Of a stretch of DNA of 64,000 bases, positions 39,019-49,213 are shown piece by piece (position 1 is the stretch's first letter; each line of letters opens with the position of its first letter). Source of the DNA: an uncultured Bdellovibrionales bacterium. Its GTDB lineage: Bacteria > Patescibacteriota > Minisyncoccia > Moranbacterales > UBA2206. The stretch covers positions 4,871-68,870 of the forward strand of contig CAZWRY010000003.1 in NCBI GenBank assembly GCA_964636505.1, in the 5' to 3' direction. Below the pieces are notes generated by a model that ran no database searches, had not been told where the DNA came from, and was given only the letters and a program-made list of their open reading frames with translations. The position numbers were made by a program, and so were the translations under genes.

Positions 39019-41493
39019 TTAAAAAAAGCTAAAACGCCAAGAGAAAAAGTTAAGTATTCTTTGAAAAATATAAGCAAACCCGCTCCAGATAAAGGATCGT
39101 TCTCCTTTAGAATTAGCATAAACGCTGTTTTCAAGCGACTGGATATCATATTGGCGCAAGGGCAAGCCAAATATTTCTTGCTTTTGATTTTTTGTCTGTG
39201 ATAAATTAGACTCAGGCCTGCTTTCGGATTTTGTGCCAACTGCAGCCAATATTTTGGGAATTTTTTCTGGTATAGTTCTCTTTTGTTTCTCTTTTAGATC
39301 ATTTCTTCCTGATGACTCTTTGTGACTAGAATATTTTTTCCTAGAATGACTGTTGTTTTTAGATGCTCCGTTTTTTCCCTTTCCTGAAGATATTGTTTCT
39401 GTATTTTCGTTTTTAATTTCATTTTTTGAAATAGTAGCCACAAAATTATTTTTATCACCTAGCGTTGCCGTACCTTGAAAAACTGCCGTTGATTCAGAGT
39501 CATCTTGCGAAGAATTTTTATTTTCAACAATTCTCGTTGCTTCAATTTTATATTCACCGCTTCCGGTGCCTTGAGTCAAGATCTGATAATCGCCTTCTTG
39601 GGGATTGGGTATGGAAACAAACTCTGAATCAACATCCGAACCGGTATAATAGGCACCATCTATTTCATTAAATGTCCCGCCGGTGGAAAAATTTTTGCCC
39701 ATTCTTTTTCCATCCGGCGCCACTATTTGAATATCAATCGGAGAAAAGACGTGTACAAGTAACATATCTTTTATTAAAGAATCTCTATTTTCATTTTTTG
39801 GTCTTTTGTCAGTAAGTAATTCCAAAACATCTTTTTGCGCTTCAGTTGGCAATCCTCTATGATCAGAATTTATTTCAAGCAATAAATCTTCAGGTACATT
39901 ATTACTTCGAGCTGATTCAATTGGCACGGTTTGATCTCCTTCATTTTTTATTAAGCCCCTATCTCCTATAATAACTTCGAATCCATGCGGATAGCCATGT
40001 TGCCAAAGCTTACCCATATCGGTTTCAATGATTTTCATTCCGGAAATTGTGCTTTCAACATTGTTCAGATTGCCAATTATTTTATCAAATTCAATGTATC
40101 TAAGTTTTTCCTTCTTAATTTCGCTGTTAAGATTTTCCAAAAATTCATTCCTTGGATAGCCGGTTGGGTAGTTTTTGTAAGTACCCATCTTCACATTTTG
40201 AAGATAATCATAAACAGGCAGAAGTTCTTTGAGTGAAGAAACCGGTCTCTGGTGCAAATAGTCAAAAACATCAGAAAATTCATTTTCCTTGGCTTCTTGC
40301 TCAACCATATGTTTTACATATAAATCTCCTGCATTGAGTAGCCAGGCATTGCCATCCCACTTTAAATAGGCTTCAGGAGCCCCATTATGGGGCGTACCTA
40401 AAGTTATCAATTGATCCACGTCGTCTTGATAATAGTTTGATTCAATATATTCTCTGGCCAAAAGTCCGCCCATAGAATGAGCCACAATATCCACCTTAGG
40501 CCAATTCCTATCTTTTTTTATTTGGTTAATTTTATCTCGTAAAAGCTTGGCATTATCCACGTTACTATCTCTCCACTCATAAGGAAAAGCGAATAAATCT
40601 TTTTCTGGAGCATAACCGTTGTCAGCCAGTTCTTGGTACAAATTATCATAAATATGAAATACTGGATCAATTTGCCATTTATCATCCTTTTTTTGCGACC
40701 CTAAAATCCCCGGGATAATTATGACCGGGTCTAAAAAGTCAGCTTCTGTAAGCCAAGAAGAAAAATCAATGCCGTCACTTAAATATCTATACATTATTCT
40801 TCCATAGTCATAATCCAGTTCTTCTTTTTGGGGCCCATCTGAATCTCCCCACCAATTATACCTAAAATCCAAAGGTGGGTTTGGTTGATAACCGCCATAA
40901 ATAGCATCATAGCTGCTATTATTAAAAAATTTTGATCGATTAACTTTAATATTTTGCGATGAAACGCTATTGCTTATATAAATACCGATAAAATTATCAT
41001 GTATAGATGAATTTTCTATCGTAAGTTTTCCCCCATTAACATTAATTGCACCCGAAGACCAGGCTAACGCATTGGCGAAAAGATCATCTTTCATAACTGG
41101 AAAAGCCCCGCCGCCAGAACCGCTGATGTCCACTCCAGTCATAAAGACTTCGCCACCATTCCAAATATTTACAAGTGAGCTACTGTTATTTTTACCTTGA
41201 AACAAAACATTTTCTTTGTTTGTTCCTTTTACAAACAAATTGCCTTCAACATTTAATCTGCCGCCATTAAAAACTATCTTGACTCCCCTTTTAATAACCA
41301 GCATTCCTCCCGCCTCTATGGTTATATCACTGCTGATTTCTTTGTCCTCTGCCCATTCTTCATAGCCAGCTATTGCTTGTTCTTCCCGGGCAAATAATTG
41401 TTTGAGGTTTTGTTTGAAAAATATGGGCGAAAGACTTGGAACAAAAGAAAAAAAAATAAATAAAAGCAATAGTACCCTCCTTAATACTTTCAT
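39019..41493 (-). CDS. Large secreted multidomain protein: right-handed beta-helix plus alpha/beta-hydrolase (lipase/esterase-like) domain and Ser/Lys-rich tail
   Basis: Signal peptide; NVNGGKLTIENSSIHDNFIGIYISNS beta-helix repeats; IIPGILGS...DIVAHSMGGLLAREY (GHSMGG nucleophile elbow); low-complexity C-terminal region. Confidence 0.6.
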   Translation of the reverse strand: MKVLRRVLLLLFIFFSFVPSLSPIFFKQNLKQLFAREEQAIAGYEEWAEDKEISSDITIEAGGMLVIKRGVKIVFNGGRLNVEGNLFVKGTNKENVLFQGKNNSSSLVNIWNGGEVFMTGVDISGSGGGAFPVMKDDLFANALAWSSGAINVNGGKLTIENSSIHDNFIGIYISNSVSSQNIKVNRSKFFNNSSYDAIYGGYQPNPPLDFRYNWWGDSDGPQKEELDYDYGRIMYRYLSDGIDFSSWLTEADFLDPVIIIPGILGSQKKDDKWQIDPVFHIYDNLYQELADNGYAPEKDLFAFPYEWRDSNVDNAKLLRDKINQIKKDRNWPKVDIVAHSMGGLLAREYIESNYYQDDVDQLITLGTPHNGAPEAYLKWDGNAWLLNAGDLYVKHMVEQEAKENEFSDVFDYLHQRPVSSLKELLPVYDYLQNVKMGTYKNYPTGYPRNEFLENLNSEIKKEKLRYIEFDKIIGNLNNVESTISGMKIIETDMGKLWQHGYPHGFEVIIGDRGLIKNEGDQTVPIESARSNNVPEDLLLEINSDHRGLPTEAQKDVLELLTDKRPKNENRDSLIKDMLLVHVFSPIDIQIVAPDGKRMGKNFSTGGTFNEIDGAYYTGSDVDSEFVSIPNPQEGDYQILTQGTGSGEYKIEATRIVENKNSSQDDSESTAVFQGTATLGDKNNFVATISKNEIKNENTETISSGKGKNGASKNNSHSRKKYSSHKESSGRNDLKEKQKRTIPEKIPKILAAVGTKSESRPESNLSQTKNQKQEIFGLPLRQYDIQSLENSVYANSKGERSFIWSGFAYIFQRILNFFSWRFSFF

Positions 41494-41498
41494 CTTTT

Positions 41499-41768
41499 TT
41501 ATTTTTTATTTTTGAAATAATAAATGATTAAAATAATATTTATCAATGGCCAAATTGGAAAATTAACATATTTCATCCAACCGATATTGTAAGCAATAAA
41601 CATTCCGGATTCTAGGTTTATTAAAAACCCAAGACTTCCTAAAACTGAAAAGATAATAAAAGAAAGTAGTTTTTTCCGAGTAAACACGAAAAAAATAAGA
41701 CCGATAAAAAATGCTAGTCCTAAAAAAATAAGACTTACGGTTAAATCAAATTCTGGATCAGAAAACAT
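41499..41768 (-). CDS. Small three-TM membrane protein (hypothetical)
   Basis: 89 aa hydrophobic ORF in an operon-like position. Confidence 0.35.
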   Translation of the reverse strand: MFSDPEFDLTVSLIFLGLAFFIGLIFFVFTRKKLLSFIIFSVLGSLGFLINLESGMFIAYNIGWMKYVNFPIWPLINIILIIYYFKNKK

Positions 41769-41842
41769 ATATTTATTTTAATATTCATTTCTATACTATA
41801 CCACTTTTCTCAATTTTTGCAAGATAATCTATTTTGCCTTTA

Positions 41843-41875
41843 TACAAACAAAAAACCAGGGTTATCGTACCTGGC
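41843..41875 (-). terminator. Rho-independent terminator
   Basis: ccagg-gttatcgta-cctgg followed by a U-tract on the minus strand. Confidence 0.5.
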
Positions 41876-41901
41876 TTACGCTTCCAATTGGAAGATCGGT
41901 T

Positions 41902-42279
41902 TTATCTTAAATCGGGATCCACATCAAAATGATGATGGATAAATTCCAAGTCTGCCGGATTAATTTTTGCCTTCAATATGCGGCAACTTTCTCCGAAATT
42001 GTTTTTGCAAACCAATGTTAAAGAGTCCGGCGTTATCAATAAATCTTTTACCGCATACTCCTTACCTCTTGTAAACGCCTCCTCCCCGACATGAGAGCCG
42101 TATTTACTCATGACACCAATCAGACATTTGATCATCATCTTTTTTGCCTCCTTTTGAAATATTTTCAAAAAAACTAATTCAGACCAGTCTAACATAAAGC
42201 CGCATTTCGTCAACACAAGATGCAAAAAACGGGCCTTTCTCAAAAAGGTCCGTTTTTTAATTGAAGCTTGGAGTTTCAA
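41902..42279 (-). CDS. Small Cys/His-containing hypothetical protein (true start may be the internal MMIKC, about 80 aa)
   Basis: Listed ORF only; C-terminal half has CxxxxC...C...HHH. No family recognised. Confidence 0.3.
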   Translation of the reverse strand: MKLQASIKKRTFLRKARFLHLVLTKCGFMLDWSELVFLKIFQKEAKKMMIKCLIGVMSKYGSHVGEEAFTRGKEYAVKDLLITPDSLTLVCKNNFGESCRILKAKINPADLEFIHHHFDVDPDLR

Positions 42280-42295
42280 ACATATTCATATTTTT

Positions 42296-43213
42296 TCATC
42301 TGCGCAATTTCATTTGTTCCAGATAAATTGTCTTTACATTCCCCGGTTTAACCGAAAATCTTTCCAAAAAATCCAAATATTCTTCCCGACTGATAGTATA
42401 GAGATTGAAGGAAGCCGGCAGTTTGTTGCTTTTTTTTTGCGAAATCCAGAAAGAACCCAAAATAACCCAAATCAGGATAAGCGAATTAATGAAAATAATT
42501 GCCAGAAGAACTGTTGCCGATCCATTATTCAAATAACCCAAATATTTTTCTTTCTTATTTCCCATAATAGAGCTCGGTAAGTTTTTTCCGGTTGCTACCA
42601 TACCGTTAAAATTTTTCAACAGACTGGCTTCAACTTTAGGCAAAGAATTTTTTACTGCAAATGGCGCAGCGTTTCCTTCCGCCTTTATTCCTTCAGCATA
42701 GGCCAATTGCGTTCCGAATTCCTGAACTGTTATCGTAGCTAGCTTTCCATTAATAAATCCTTTTTTCACGGCAATTCCGACTTCGGAAAAATTGGTATCC
42801 AAAATATTCTTTCGGTGCGTTTCGCTTTCCATCCAAGCTTTTTGTTGGGCTTCCGCCGAAGAAAAATTAATCGCCAAATTTTCTCCGGCAAATTTGTAGT
42901 CATAACCTTCTTTTTCAAACCAAATCCAAGGCGTGATTCCTTTGGGCGAAGTATGAGCAAAATAGTTATTTTGAAGCATATCATCAGCTTTATCAGAAGC
43001 CACTTGAAAAAGCGTTTCGTTTACCCTGAGCGGCGGCAAATTATTCTCAACTCTGGCTTGGTTCATAAGCTCCAAGACACTCATTTCGGTAATTGAGCTG
43101 GCCAAAGCTTCTCTCCCCCAAAAAGCAAAAAAAACCAAAAATATCAGGCTAAATGTGATTTTATTAAATTGTATGCCGTTTTTTAACCTCATAGACAATA
43201 GCAAAAAAAACAA
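42296..43213 (-). CDS. CAP/SCP/PR-1 domain secreted protein with C-terminal TM
   Basis: NNYFAHTSPKG...GENLA...HRKNIL CAP signature. Confidence 0.75.
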   Translation of the reverse strand: MFFLLLSMRLKNGIQFNKITFSLIFLVFFAFWGREALASSITEMSVLELMNQARVENNLPPLRVNETLFQVASDKADDMLQNNYFAHTSPKGITPWIWFEKEGYDYKFAGENLAINFSSAEAQQKAWMESETHRKNILDTNFSEVGIAVKKGFINGKLATITVQEFGTQLAYAEGIKAEGNAAPFAVKNSLPKVEASLLKNFNGMVATGKNLPSSIMGNKKEKYLGYLNNGSATVLLAIIFINSLILIWVILGSFWISQKKSNKLPASFNLYTISREEYLDFLERFSVKPGNVKTIYLEQMKLRR

Positions 43214-43311
43214 AAAAAGCGGTTCACCCGCTCTTAAAGCATCTTTTCTAAGTCATTTTGAAACTTCTACCCTTTAATTATACTCTTTTTGACGGCAAAA
43301 GTCAACCAAAA

Positions 43312-44370
43312 TTATTTGTTCAGTTTTTTGAAATACAAATCCACATCATCAATCCATTTTTTGACAGCCTTTGGATTATCCCAAGAACAATCATAACCGC
43401 ACTTCCAAACCACCATTTTGGCCGGCGTGTTTAGTTTTTCATTAGAAACTAAAAATTCAATTCTCTTGGCCACTGTATCCACAGCATCTTCCGGACTATC
43501 AAAACAAGTGTGTCCGCCTGTTCCCATGCGATCACGTATGCCTCGATAACCCCAATAATTAAAGCAGTCCTGACCATTCAGAACCGGGACTCGTTTCCCC
43601 CAAGCACTTTCTTTTTTGGCAATCGCCACTAGAAGCGCAGCCACTATCTTATCTTTTTTGACTATTTGCGGAACCATTTTCTCAATCGGATAACCTTCAA
43701 CCATTTTCTCAATTTCTTCTTTCATCGCCTTTTTGGCTTCGCTTTCTTTTTCATATTTTCCATAGTCACCAAGAAGCTTTGTCATAAATTCCGGGTCAAT
43801 ATCATCAATTAAATCTTGCTCATCTACTTTATTGGTATATGTTCCAGCTACCTGGGCTGGCTGGTTTTCTTCTATTTTAGCCGAAACACTGCTACCCAGA
43901 TACCGGTAGACCATGGTCATCGTAATCATGCCAAAAATCACCGCTCCTACAATGGAAACATTCCACATTCTAGCAACCGAAAGTCCCTGAACGGAACCCC
44001 TAATTAAATCCGTAAAATAGTTTTCCAAATTTAAATACCTCTTTTTGATCGCCAGATAAAAAATATCTGTTTGTTTCACGGAATAAATTCTAGTTTTTTC
44101 AAATTGATTGGAATTCAAGCTGTCAAAGCGTTTGATTACTCTAAAAATCCTTTCCCTTTTCAAAAGTTTTTGATATTCTTCCGGAGTAAAATAGAGTTTT
44201 GAATTTTGAGTAAAAAAAGACTCAATTCTTCCTTTTCTGGAAAACCAAACCGATTTTGTTTTTTTTCTTTTTACAAAGTTAAACAAAGGATAATCAAAAG
44301 ACCTGGGACCCTTAATTTTTCCCGGCAAACCATCAATAAAAAGTTTTTTTGATTTTTGTTTTTGATTCAT
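43312..44370 (-). CDS. Membrane-anchored GH73-like protein, paralog 2 of 3
   Basis: Same C-terminal domain: AALLVAIAKKESAWG...DCFNYWGYRG...CFDSPEDAV...WKCGYDC. Confidence 0.5.
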   Translation of the reverse strand: MNQKQKSKKLFIDGLPGKIKGPRSFDYPLFNFVKRKKTKSVWFSRKGRIESFFTQNSKLYFTPEEYQKLLKRERIFRVIKRFDSLNSNQFEKTRIYSVKQTDIFYLAIKKRYLNLENYFTDLIRGSVQGLSVARMWNVSIVGAVIFGMITMTMVYRYLGSSVSAKIEENQPAQVAGTYTNKVDEQDLIDDIDPEFMTKLLGDYGKYEKESEAKKAMKEEIEKMVEGYPIEKMVPQIVKKDKIVAALLVAIAKKESAWGKRVPVLNGQDCFNYWGYRGIRDRMGTGGHTCFDSPEDAVDTVAKRIEFLVSNEKLNTPAKMVVWKCGYDCSWDNPKAVKKWIDDVDLYFKKLNK

Positions 44371-44430
44371 TAAAAAACTTTCAAGTCAATTTATTTAGAT
44401 CGCTGGCTATTTCAAAAATATCCAAAAATT

Positions 44431-44829
44431 CTATTTTCCTTCGGCTTTATCCGTAAAAAATTTTTCAATATCCGATGAACCTATTAGACATTGACCGTTG
44501 GAATAAAGGAAAGGTACTCCGATTTCTTCCTCTTTTAGACCGCATTCTAAGGCTTTTGTCTCTAAAAGAGCGGCATTTTTTTTATTATACCAAACTTCTA
44601 AAGAGTCGAATTTAACCTTTTCGGAAATTTTGTTGTCCATTAAAAATTTTTCCGTTTCAATGCAATGCGAACACTCTTTTCCATAGAAGAAAAGAATATC
44701 CGAAGTTATGGGCGTAGCCTCCTGATTTCCCTTAAAACCGCCGGCCCTTGAGCTCCAAAACCAAAGACCGACAAAAAGAGCAGCGCCAAAAACAATAACG
44801 GCAATAATTTTAATAACGTCTTTTTGCAT
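44431..44829 (-). CDS. Membrane-anchored thioredoxin/glutaredoxin-fold CxxC protein
   Basis: N-terminal TM then FFYGKECSHCIETEKF (CxxC) and a second Cys pair. Confidence 0.6.
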   Translation of the reverse strand: MQKDVIKIIAVIVFGAALFVGLWFWSSRAGGFKGNQEATPITSDILFFYGKECSHCIETEKFLMDNKISEKVKFDSLEVWYNKKNAALLETKALECGLKEEEIGVPFLYSNGQCLIGSSDIEKFFTDKAEGK

Positions 44830-44939
44830 AAAATAACCTGCATTTACTTTTTATCTTCTTAATTTTAACATGCCTGGAGATGATGTCAAAAAGCCCCAAA
44901 ACATTTTGGGACCAGAAAATATACAAAGTTAAAGAATGT

Positions 44940-45707
44940 TTAGGGGGCCACTTCTTTCCAGCTTCCGACATTTAAACATGGATCACAAACACAAGTTTGA
45001 GTACTCGGACAAGAAATTCCGTTATCTTCGCAATCTTTCGGAGTCGGCAAAGAGCTATCGGGACATCCGTTCCTATCCGTTCTCAAGCAAGTGGATTCCA
45101 AAGTGACAGTTTTCCCGCATGATTCAGCACAAGCATCTTCACAGTTACTAACTATTAAGCAAGCATCGTATTTGTAATCCGGAACACAAGCTATGCGAGC
45201 CCGACTAAAATCAACCCAGCCAAAACCATAATATTGGCCGTCAATAATTTCTCCGTCTCCATGCCAGCCATAACCGGTAAAGACATCTTCATTAAGGCTA
45301 ACTCCACTCACATCTATATTTCCATTCCACCCGCCAGAGTTTGACCCGTTTATTCCAACAATGACGGCATTACCGCTTAGAGAATTTCCTACCCGGCTAA
45401 CTCCTCCAAAATTAATCCAACCGACATTACTACTCCAAGCATAGCCAGATAAAAGCCCGTTCTCATCCGGTATGGTAACGCCATAAGAAATTGCTCCTCC
45501 GCCTTCATCTGATGTGGTGTTCGCACTGTTCATGCTTACCCACCCAATTCCCGTATCAATAGGCTGGCCTGGCTGCGCTATTCCCCCATCATTGCTACCG
45601 CCCCAAAGCCAACCCACGATTGATTTGCTGGCCAAAGCTTCTGACGCTTCCAATAAAGATAAGACTAGAAAAAGTATTGCGATGAAAAACAAATTTATTT
45701 TTTTCAT
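44940..45707 (-). CDS. Secreted Gly/Trp-repeat protein with Cys-rich C-terminal module
   Basis: Signal peptide; repeated GW motifs (GYAWSSNVGWINF, GYGWHGD, GFGWVDF); C-terminal 60 aa carries about 14 Cys. Confidence 0.5.
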   Translation of the reverse strand: MKKINLFFIAILFLVLSLLEASEALASKSIVGWLWGGSNDGGIAQPGQPIDTGIGWVSMNSANTTSDEGGGAISYGVTIPDENGLLSGYAWSSNVGWINFGGVSRVGNSLSGNAVIVGINGSNSGGWNGNIDVSGVSLNEDVFTGYGWHGDGEIIDGQYYGFGWVDFSRARIACVPDYKYDACLIVSNCEDACAESCGKTVTLESTCLRTDRNGCPDSSLPTPKDCEDNGISCPSTQTCVCDPCLNVGSWKEVAP

Positions 45708-45741
45708 TTGTCTTTTTAAAAATTATTTTAATAATCGTTTT

Positions 45742-46359
45742 TTATTTTTGATCTTTAATTCTTGTGGATTCAAACACCTTTAAATAATCGGGAAAAATAA
45801 TCAGTTTAGTTGCCGTAAATTTATCGCCGGCAGTGCTAGTTTGTTCAGAAAAAACGGCAAAAACCGGATCGTTCAATGATTCGATCTTAAACTCGGTAAA
45901 AGCAACTTCTTGTTTATCCATTTTTGCTAATTTTCCATTGCTCATGCTTATTATGGCCTTTTCAATTTTAGTCTTATCGGTAATCACGATATTTTTTAAA
46001 GGCAAAGATTGTGAAGCTTTCTCGTAGTTAGGACTGCCGATAAAATCAAAAGTTGGATTACCATCCAATGTCCAGTGTCCACGCAGTTGAATCACTTTTT
46101 CTCCCTCTACTGTTTTGACGTTTGGATTTTCGGCTAAACCTAGAAATCCTTGAGCTTTTTCTGGAATATTGACTTCAAAAATAGCCTCTCCGCTTTCTCC
46201 TTTTTGCAATGATCCGCCCGGCTTGCCTGCGTTCTGATATAAAACCGCATTATCCTTATTCCCGCTTGTTTTTTTCAAAATTACCGCAGAGAAAGAAAGA
46301 GAAACCAATGAAAGTGCAAGTGAAAGACCAATAGCTATTTTTAATATTTTATCTTGCAT
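45742..46359 (-). CDS. Secreted hypothetical protein
   Basis: Signal peptide; no recognisable domain. Confidence 0.45.
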   Translation of the reverse strand: MQDKILKIAIGLSLALSLVSLSFSAVILKKTSGNKDNAVLYQNAGKPGGSLQKGESGEAIFEVNIPEKAQGFLGLAENPNVKTVEGEKVIQLRGHWTLDGNPTFDFIGSPNYEKASQSLPLKNIVITDKTKIEKAIISMSNGKLAKMDKQEVAFTEFKIESLNDPVFAVFSEQTSTAGDKFTATKLIIFPDYLKVFESTRIKDQK

Positions 46360-46396
46360 TTTATTTTATTTAAAAAATTAACCTTTTATTTTTTAT

Positions 46397-47062
46397 TTAT
46401 ATTGAGTCGCAAAAACATATTCGGCTATCACCACAAGAAGCTGATTCGCTAGAACTACTCCATGTTCCGTCACTTTGACAAGTATAGGTTGTCGTTACTT
46501 GTGTCCCGGAACAACTAGCATATGGGACGCAGCTTGGAGTCCCCGGCGTTCCGCATGCCGGAACACTGCAACTGCACGAACCCGTAGTGCTTCTTGTGTC
46601 TCCGGTTGTATAGACTTTGTTGTTATAAACACAATAGCCATCCGTTGATCCAGCCAAACAGCATCTTGCCAGAATATTTCCATCCCCGGTTGCCTTGCTA
46701 ACACCCGCGACATAATACCCGACTGGACAATCTATACCTAAAAAACAAATATCCTGTCCTAAGACCGCCGCTCCACTGGTCATTTCACTAACCCATTTGC
46801 CCGTGCTCCTTAGATATACATCATTTATATCCATATTTCCGCCAAGAGAGTTGGGAGCGGAAAAGTTGGGCGTAGTCGCACCAATACTGAAATTGCCGCT
46901 CTTATTTTGAGCTACTGGTCCGGTTGTAATAGGCGCACCCACATTGCCAGAAGGAGCAGTACTTGTTGGCGGAGTCCAATCGGCCCTGGCTATTTGTATA
47001 GACAAACCCAAAACAATCCCGATCGCTACAATTCCAAGCAAGCTTATTATTTTTTTCATCAT
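46397..47062 (-). CDS. Secreted Cys-rich protein
   Basis: Signal peptide; C-terminal half carries about 16 Cys (CCLAGSTDGYC...CSCSVPACG...); local GC is above the window average. Confidence 0.5.
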   Translation of the reverse strand: MMKKIISLLGIVAIGIVLGLSIQIARADWTPPTSTAPSGNVGAPITTGPVAQNKSGNFSIGATTPNFSAPNSLGGNMDINDVYLRSTGKWVSEMTSGAAVLGQDICFLGIDCPVGYYVAGVSKATGDGNILARCCLAGSTDGYCVYNNKVYTTGDTRSTTGSCSCSVPACGTPGTPSCVPYASCSGTQVTTTYTCQSDGTWSSSSESASCGDSRICFCDSI

Positions 47063-47132
47063 AATTTTTTGAAATTAAAAATTATTTAATTTAATTTATT
47101 ATACCATTTATTTTCCGGAATACAAAATGCTG

Positions 47133-47981
47133 TCAAAACATTTTTGATTTTTTGTCAATATAAACACACATAGCTACGCTTACTGCTATCATAACCAAAG
47201 AAAAGATCTGCCCCAGGCTCAAAAAACCTAAGATAAGACCGATTTGGGAATCGGGCTCGCGAAAGAATTCAATAACAAATCTAAATAAGCCGTAAAGAAA
47301 AATATAGAAAGGCAATAATTTTCCCATTATCCTCCGATTATTGCGCAGCAGCCAAAGAATTAGAAAAAGAACTATCCCTTCAAATAAGGCTTCGTAGAGC
47401 TGAGACGGATGACGAAGCATTATATTTGAATTCTCGTCTAAAAAATACATTCCCCAAGACTTTTCCGTTAAACGGCCATACAGCTCACCATTAAAAAAAT
47501 TTCCAAGTCGGCCAAAAAAATATCCCAAAGGAATAGCCGGTACGATAAAATCAGCCAAACGCCAGAAATTTACTTCGTATTTTTTAGCAAAAAATATGCT
47601 CGCTATGATTATTCCGATTAGTCCCCCGTGATAACTGAGTCCATATATCCCCACAAAGTTTCCCTCAGCATTAAAGGGAGAAATTATCTGCCAAGGATTT
47701 TGCAGAAAAAAATGCGGATCATAAAAAAATACATACCCCAAGCGCGCGCCGATGATAATCCCGATGATGGCATAGACAAAAAAGTTTTCAATATTTTTGA
47801 AAACAAGGACAAAATCCGGAAAAATTTTGGAATCATTTTTAACTCTCCATTTTAAAAGCAGATAAATTATGATAAAAGTCACTAAATACATCAAGGAATA
47901 CCAGGTCAAAGAAAAAAATCCGATTTTCAAGGCAATCGGATTAATATGCACGGGTAAATTTTGGTAAAAATTCTCAATCAT
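47133..47981 (-). CDS. lgt: Prolipoprotein diacylglyceryl transferase
   Basis: Lgt signature GRLGNFFNGELYG and HPSQLYE. Confidence 0.85.
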   Translation of the reverse strand: MIENFYQNLPVHINPIALKIGFFSLTWYSLMYLVTFIIIYLLLKWRVKNDSKIFPDFVLVFKNIENFFVYAIIGIIIGARLGYVFFYDPHFFLQNPWQIISPFNAEGNFVGIYGLSYHGGLIGIIIASIFFAKKYEVNFWRLADFIVPAIPLGYFFGRLGNFFNGELYGRLTEKSWGMYFLDENSNIMLRHPSQLYEALFEGIVLFLILWLLRNNRRIMGKLLPFYIFLYGLFRFVIEFFREPDSQIGLILGFLSLGQIFSLVMIAVSVAMCVYIDKKSKMF

Positions 47982-47990
47982 AAAGCCTGC

Positions 47991-49037
47991 TTAGTTGTAT
48001 TCCTCCAATTGTTTTTTGAATTCCAGGGAATAAATATCCCACAGAACCACAAAAAACGCCATCACAATCGGGCCGATAATAAAGCCGGCGGCTCCGAAAA
48101 AGATAATTCCGCCCAAAGTTGAAAGTAAAATCAAAAGCGGATGCATTTTAGAATCTCTGCCAACCAGCTTTGGCCTCAAAATATTATCCAATGAAGCAAT
48201 AATCAAAGCTCCCACTAAAAGAATAACCAGACCGGAAGCAAAATGTCCGGTTATCATCATTATTACCCCGACCGGTATCCAAACAAAGCCGGTCCCCACA
48301 TAAGGAAACATGGAGGCGATAGCCATTAAAATTCCCAAAAGAATCGGCGAAGGAACTCCTGCCGCCAAAAATAAAATCGCTCCAATGGTCCCTTGTATCA
48401 ACGCAATTAAAAAGGTTCCTTTAATAATAATCCCGTAAGAAATCGCGTTGAACTTACGGATCAAAATTTTCTCATATTCATCTTTGAGCGGACTTAGTTC
48501 CATTATCTTCTTAACTAATTTTTTGCCGTCAATAAAAAGAAAAAATAAAGAGAAAAACATAATAAAAGCCATAAAAATGAAATTGGCTAAACTGTTGTAC
48601 ACTCCGCCCAAAATAGAAAGTGAGTTTTGAAAAAAGCTTTTGATTGTGGAGTTTACGATATCTTGGTTAATTATGCCTTCAATTCCCAAAAGCTTAAACA
48701 AAACCGATGAATTGGTTATGCTAATAAGTTGATTGACGGTATTTTTGGTTTCCGCAAAATTAATAACCACCACTTGAAGCTCGGTTATGACGGCATAGAC
48801 AACCAAGGAAAGCGGGACGATAATAATCAGCACCACTAAAAAACATGTCAGCAAAGAGCTTAGCCCTTTGAATTTTAGCCACTTGAGCAATGCCGCATAA
48901 ATAGGATAGAAAGAATGCGCTAGAATAACCGCCAAAACAAAAGGAACCACGAAAGGTTTCAACATGAAAAAAGTCAAAACTGTTATTCCGATTAAAATAA
49001 GCAAGAAAAAATAGACATTGTAATTCTTTAGTTGCAT
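47991..49037 (-). CDS. AI-2E family transporter (second copy)
   Basis: Polytopic AI-2E/UPF0118 pattern. Confidence 0.8.
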   Translation of the reverse strand: MQLKNYNVYFFLLILIGITVLTFFMLKPFVVPFVLAVILAHSFYPIYAALLKWLKFKGLSSLLTCFLVVLIIIVPLSLVVYAVITELQVVVINFAETKNTVNQLISITNSSVLFKLLGIEGIINQDIVNSTIKSFFQNSLSILGGVYNSLANFIFMAFIMFFSLFFLFIDGKKLVKKIMELSPLKDEYEKILIRKFNAISYGIIIKGTFLIALIQGTIGAILFLAAGVPSPILLGILMAIASMFPYVGTGFVWIPVGVIMMITGHFASGLVILLVGALIIASLDNILRPKLVGRDSKMHPLLILLSTLGGIIFFGAAGFIIGPIVMAFFVVLWDIYSLEFKKQLEEYN

Positions 49038-49213
49038 ACTTAATATTCAAATATTAAAAAATATTAATTTACTGTAAAAATCGCTTTCTTATAAATTGCG
49101 CTAGGTATAAATTTATTATAACATTTTTCCTAAAAAAGACTAATTTTTGGACTTTTTTGACGCCGATATGCTAGAATCACTATGTATAAAAAATTAATCT
49201 TTGCATAAAAAGG

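Noticed and set aside
39000-39239. Minus-strand 79 aa ORF overlapping the end of the 824 aa gene
   Set aside because: Alternative-frame overlap with a much longer, domain-bearing ORF.
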